Under the pieces are notes generated by a model. It made no database searches, was not told the origin of the DNA, and worked only from the letters and a program-made list of their open reading frames with translations. The position numbers and the translations under genes are program-made. A DNA stretch of 44,166 nt, taken from contig DCSM01000073.1 in the NCBI GenBank assembly GCA_002325605.1, forward strand, positions 1-44,166. Direction: 5' to 3'. This document shows, in pieces, positions 44,109-44,166 of this stretch; positions within the stretch are counted from its first letter, which is position 1; each line of letters opens with the position of its first letter. The DNA comes from Chloroflexaceae bacterium UBA1466 (lineage in GTDB: Bacteria > Chloroflexota > Chloroflexia > Chloroflexales > Chloroflexaceae).

Positions 44109-44156
44109 TTTCCCCTTCGGCAAGCTTTTCCCCTTCGGCAAGTTCCCTTCGGCAGG
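44109..44156. repeat. Short tandem repeat CCCTTCGGCA(A/G)G x3, truncated by the window end
   Basis: The core occurs at 44113-44124, 44131-44142 and 44145-44156 (periods 18 and 14 nt). A degenerate copy CTCCTTCGCTGG lies just upstream. Confidence 0.7.
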
Positions 44157-44166
44157 CTCAGGGAAC

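Overview
This is a 44,166-bp chromosomal window with no rRNA, CRISPR array, transposase, integrase or phage genes. The protein styles (Pro/Thr-linker exoproteins, lipobox SBP, membrane J-domain protein, very large multi-PAS kinases) suggest a monoderm, Chloroflexota-like bacterium. That is inference only.

Gene content in order:
- a 1,597-aa secreted multidomain protein
- housekeeping genes: dnaK, aroQ, a class-I aminotransferase and an FtsW/RodA-type SEDS protein
- a kinase/receiver operon: a small membrane ORF, an SSS-transporter-fused histidine kinase, a PAS-GAF-PAS kinase, a CheY-like receiver and a REC-PP2C phosphatase
- a long minus-strand gene string: tRNA-Leu(CAA), tRNA-Pro(CGG), an SH3b lipoprotein, a Cache/HAMP-PP2C phosphatase, an MshC-like truncated cysteine ligase, an orphan family-5 SBP and a GT4 glycosyltransferase
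- a 400-bp cluster of REP-like stem-loop repeats
- a dtxR-feoA-feoB operon with a near-consensus promoter, a dyad operator and a split feoB
- a membrane J-domain protein
- a 13.6-kb same-strand block of four sensory genes: two tandem paralogous giant hybrid kinases (multi-PAS/GAF-HisKA-HATPase-REC-REC-Hpt), a PAS-GGDEF-EAL protein with a decayed LOV-like domain, and a canonical LOV-PAS-STAS blue-light photoreceptor candidate

Best candidates for something undescribed:
1. The MshC-like ligase / orphan SBP / GT4 string.
2. The LOV-STAS plus c-di-GMP plus double hybrid-kinase block. Two PP2C phosphatases lie elsewhere in the window, and no RsbT/RsbW-type kinase or sigma factor is visible.
3. The transporter-kinase to REC-PP2C operon.
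4. The REP-like repeat cluster and a promoter-to-terminator unit that could be a ~70-nt sRNA or leader.

All domain calls come from motif reading by eye. No database search was run.
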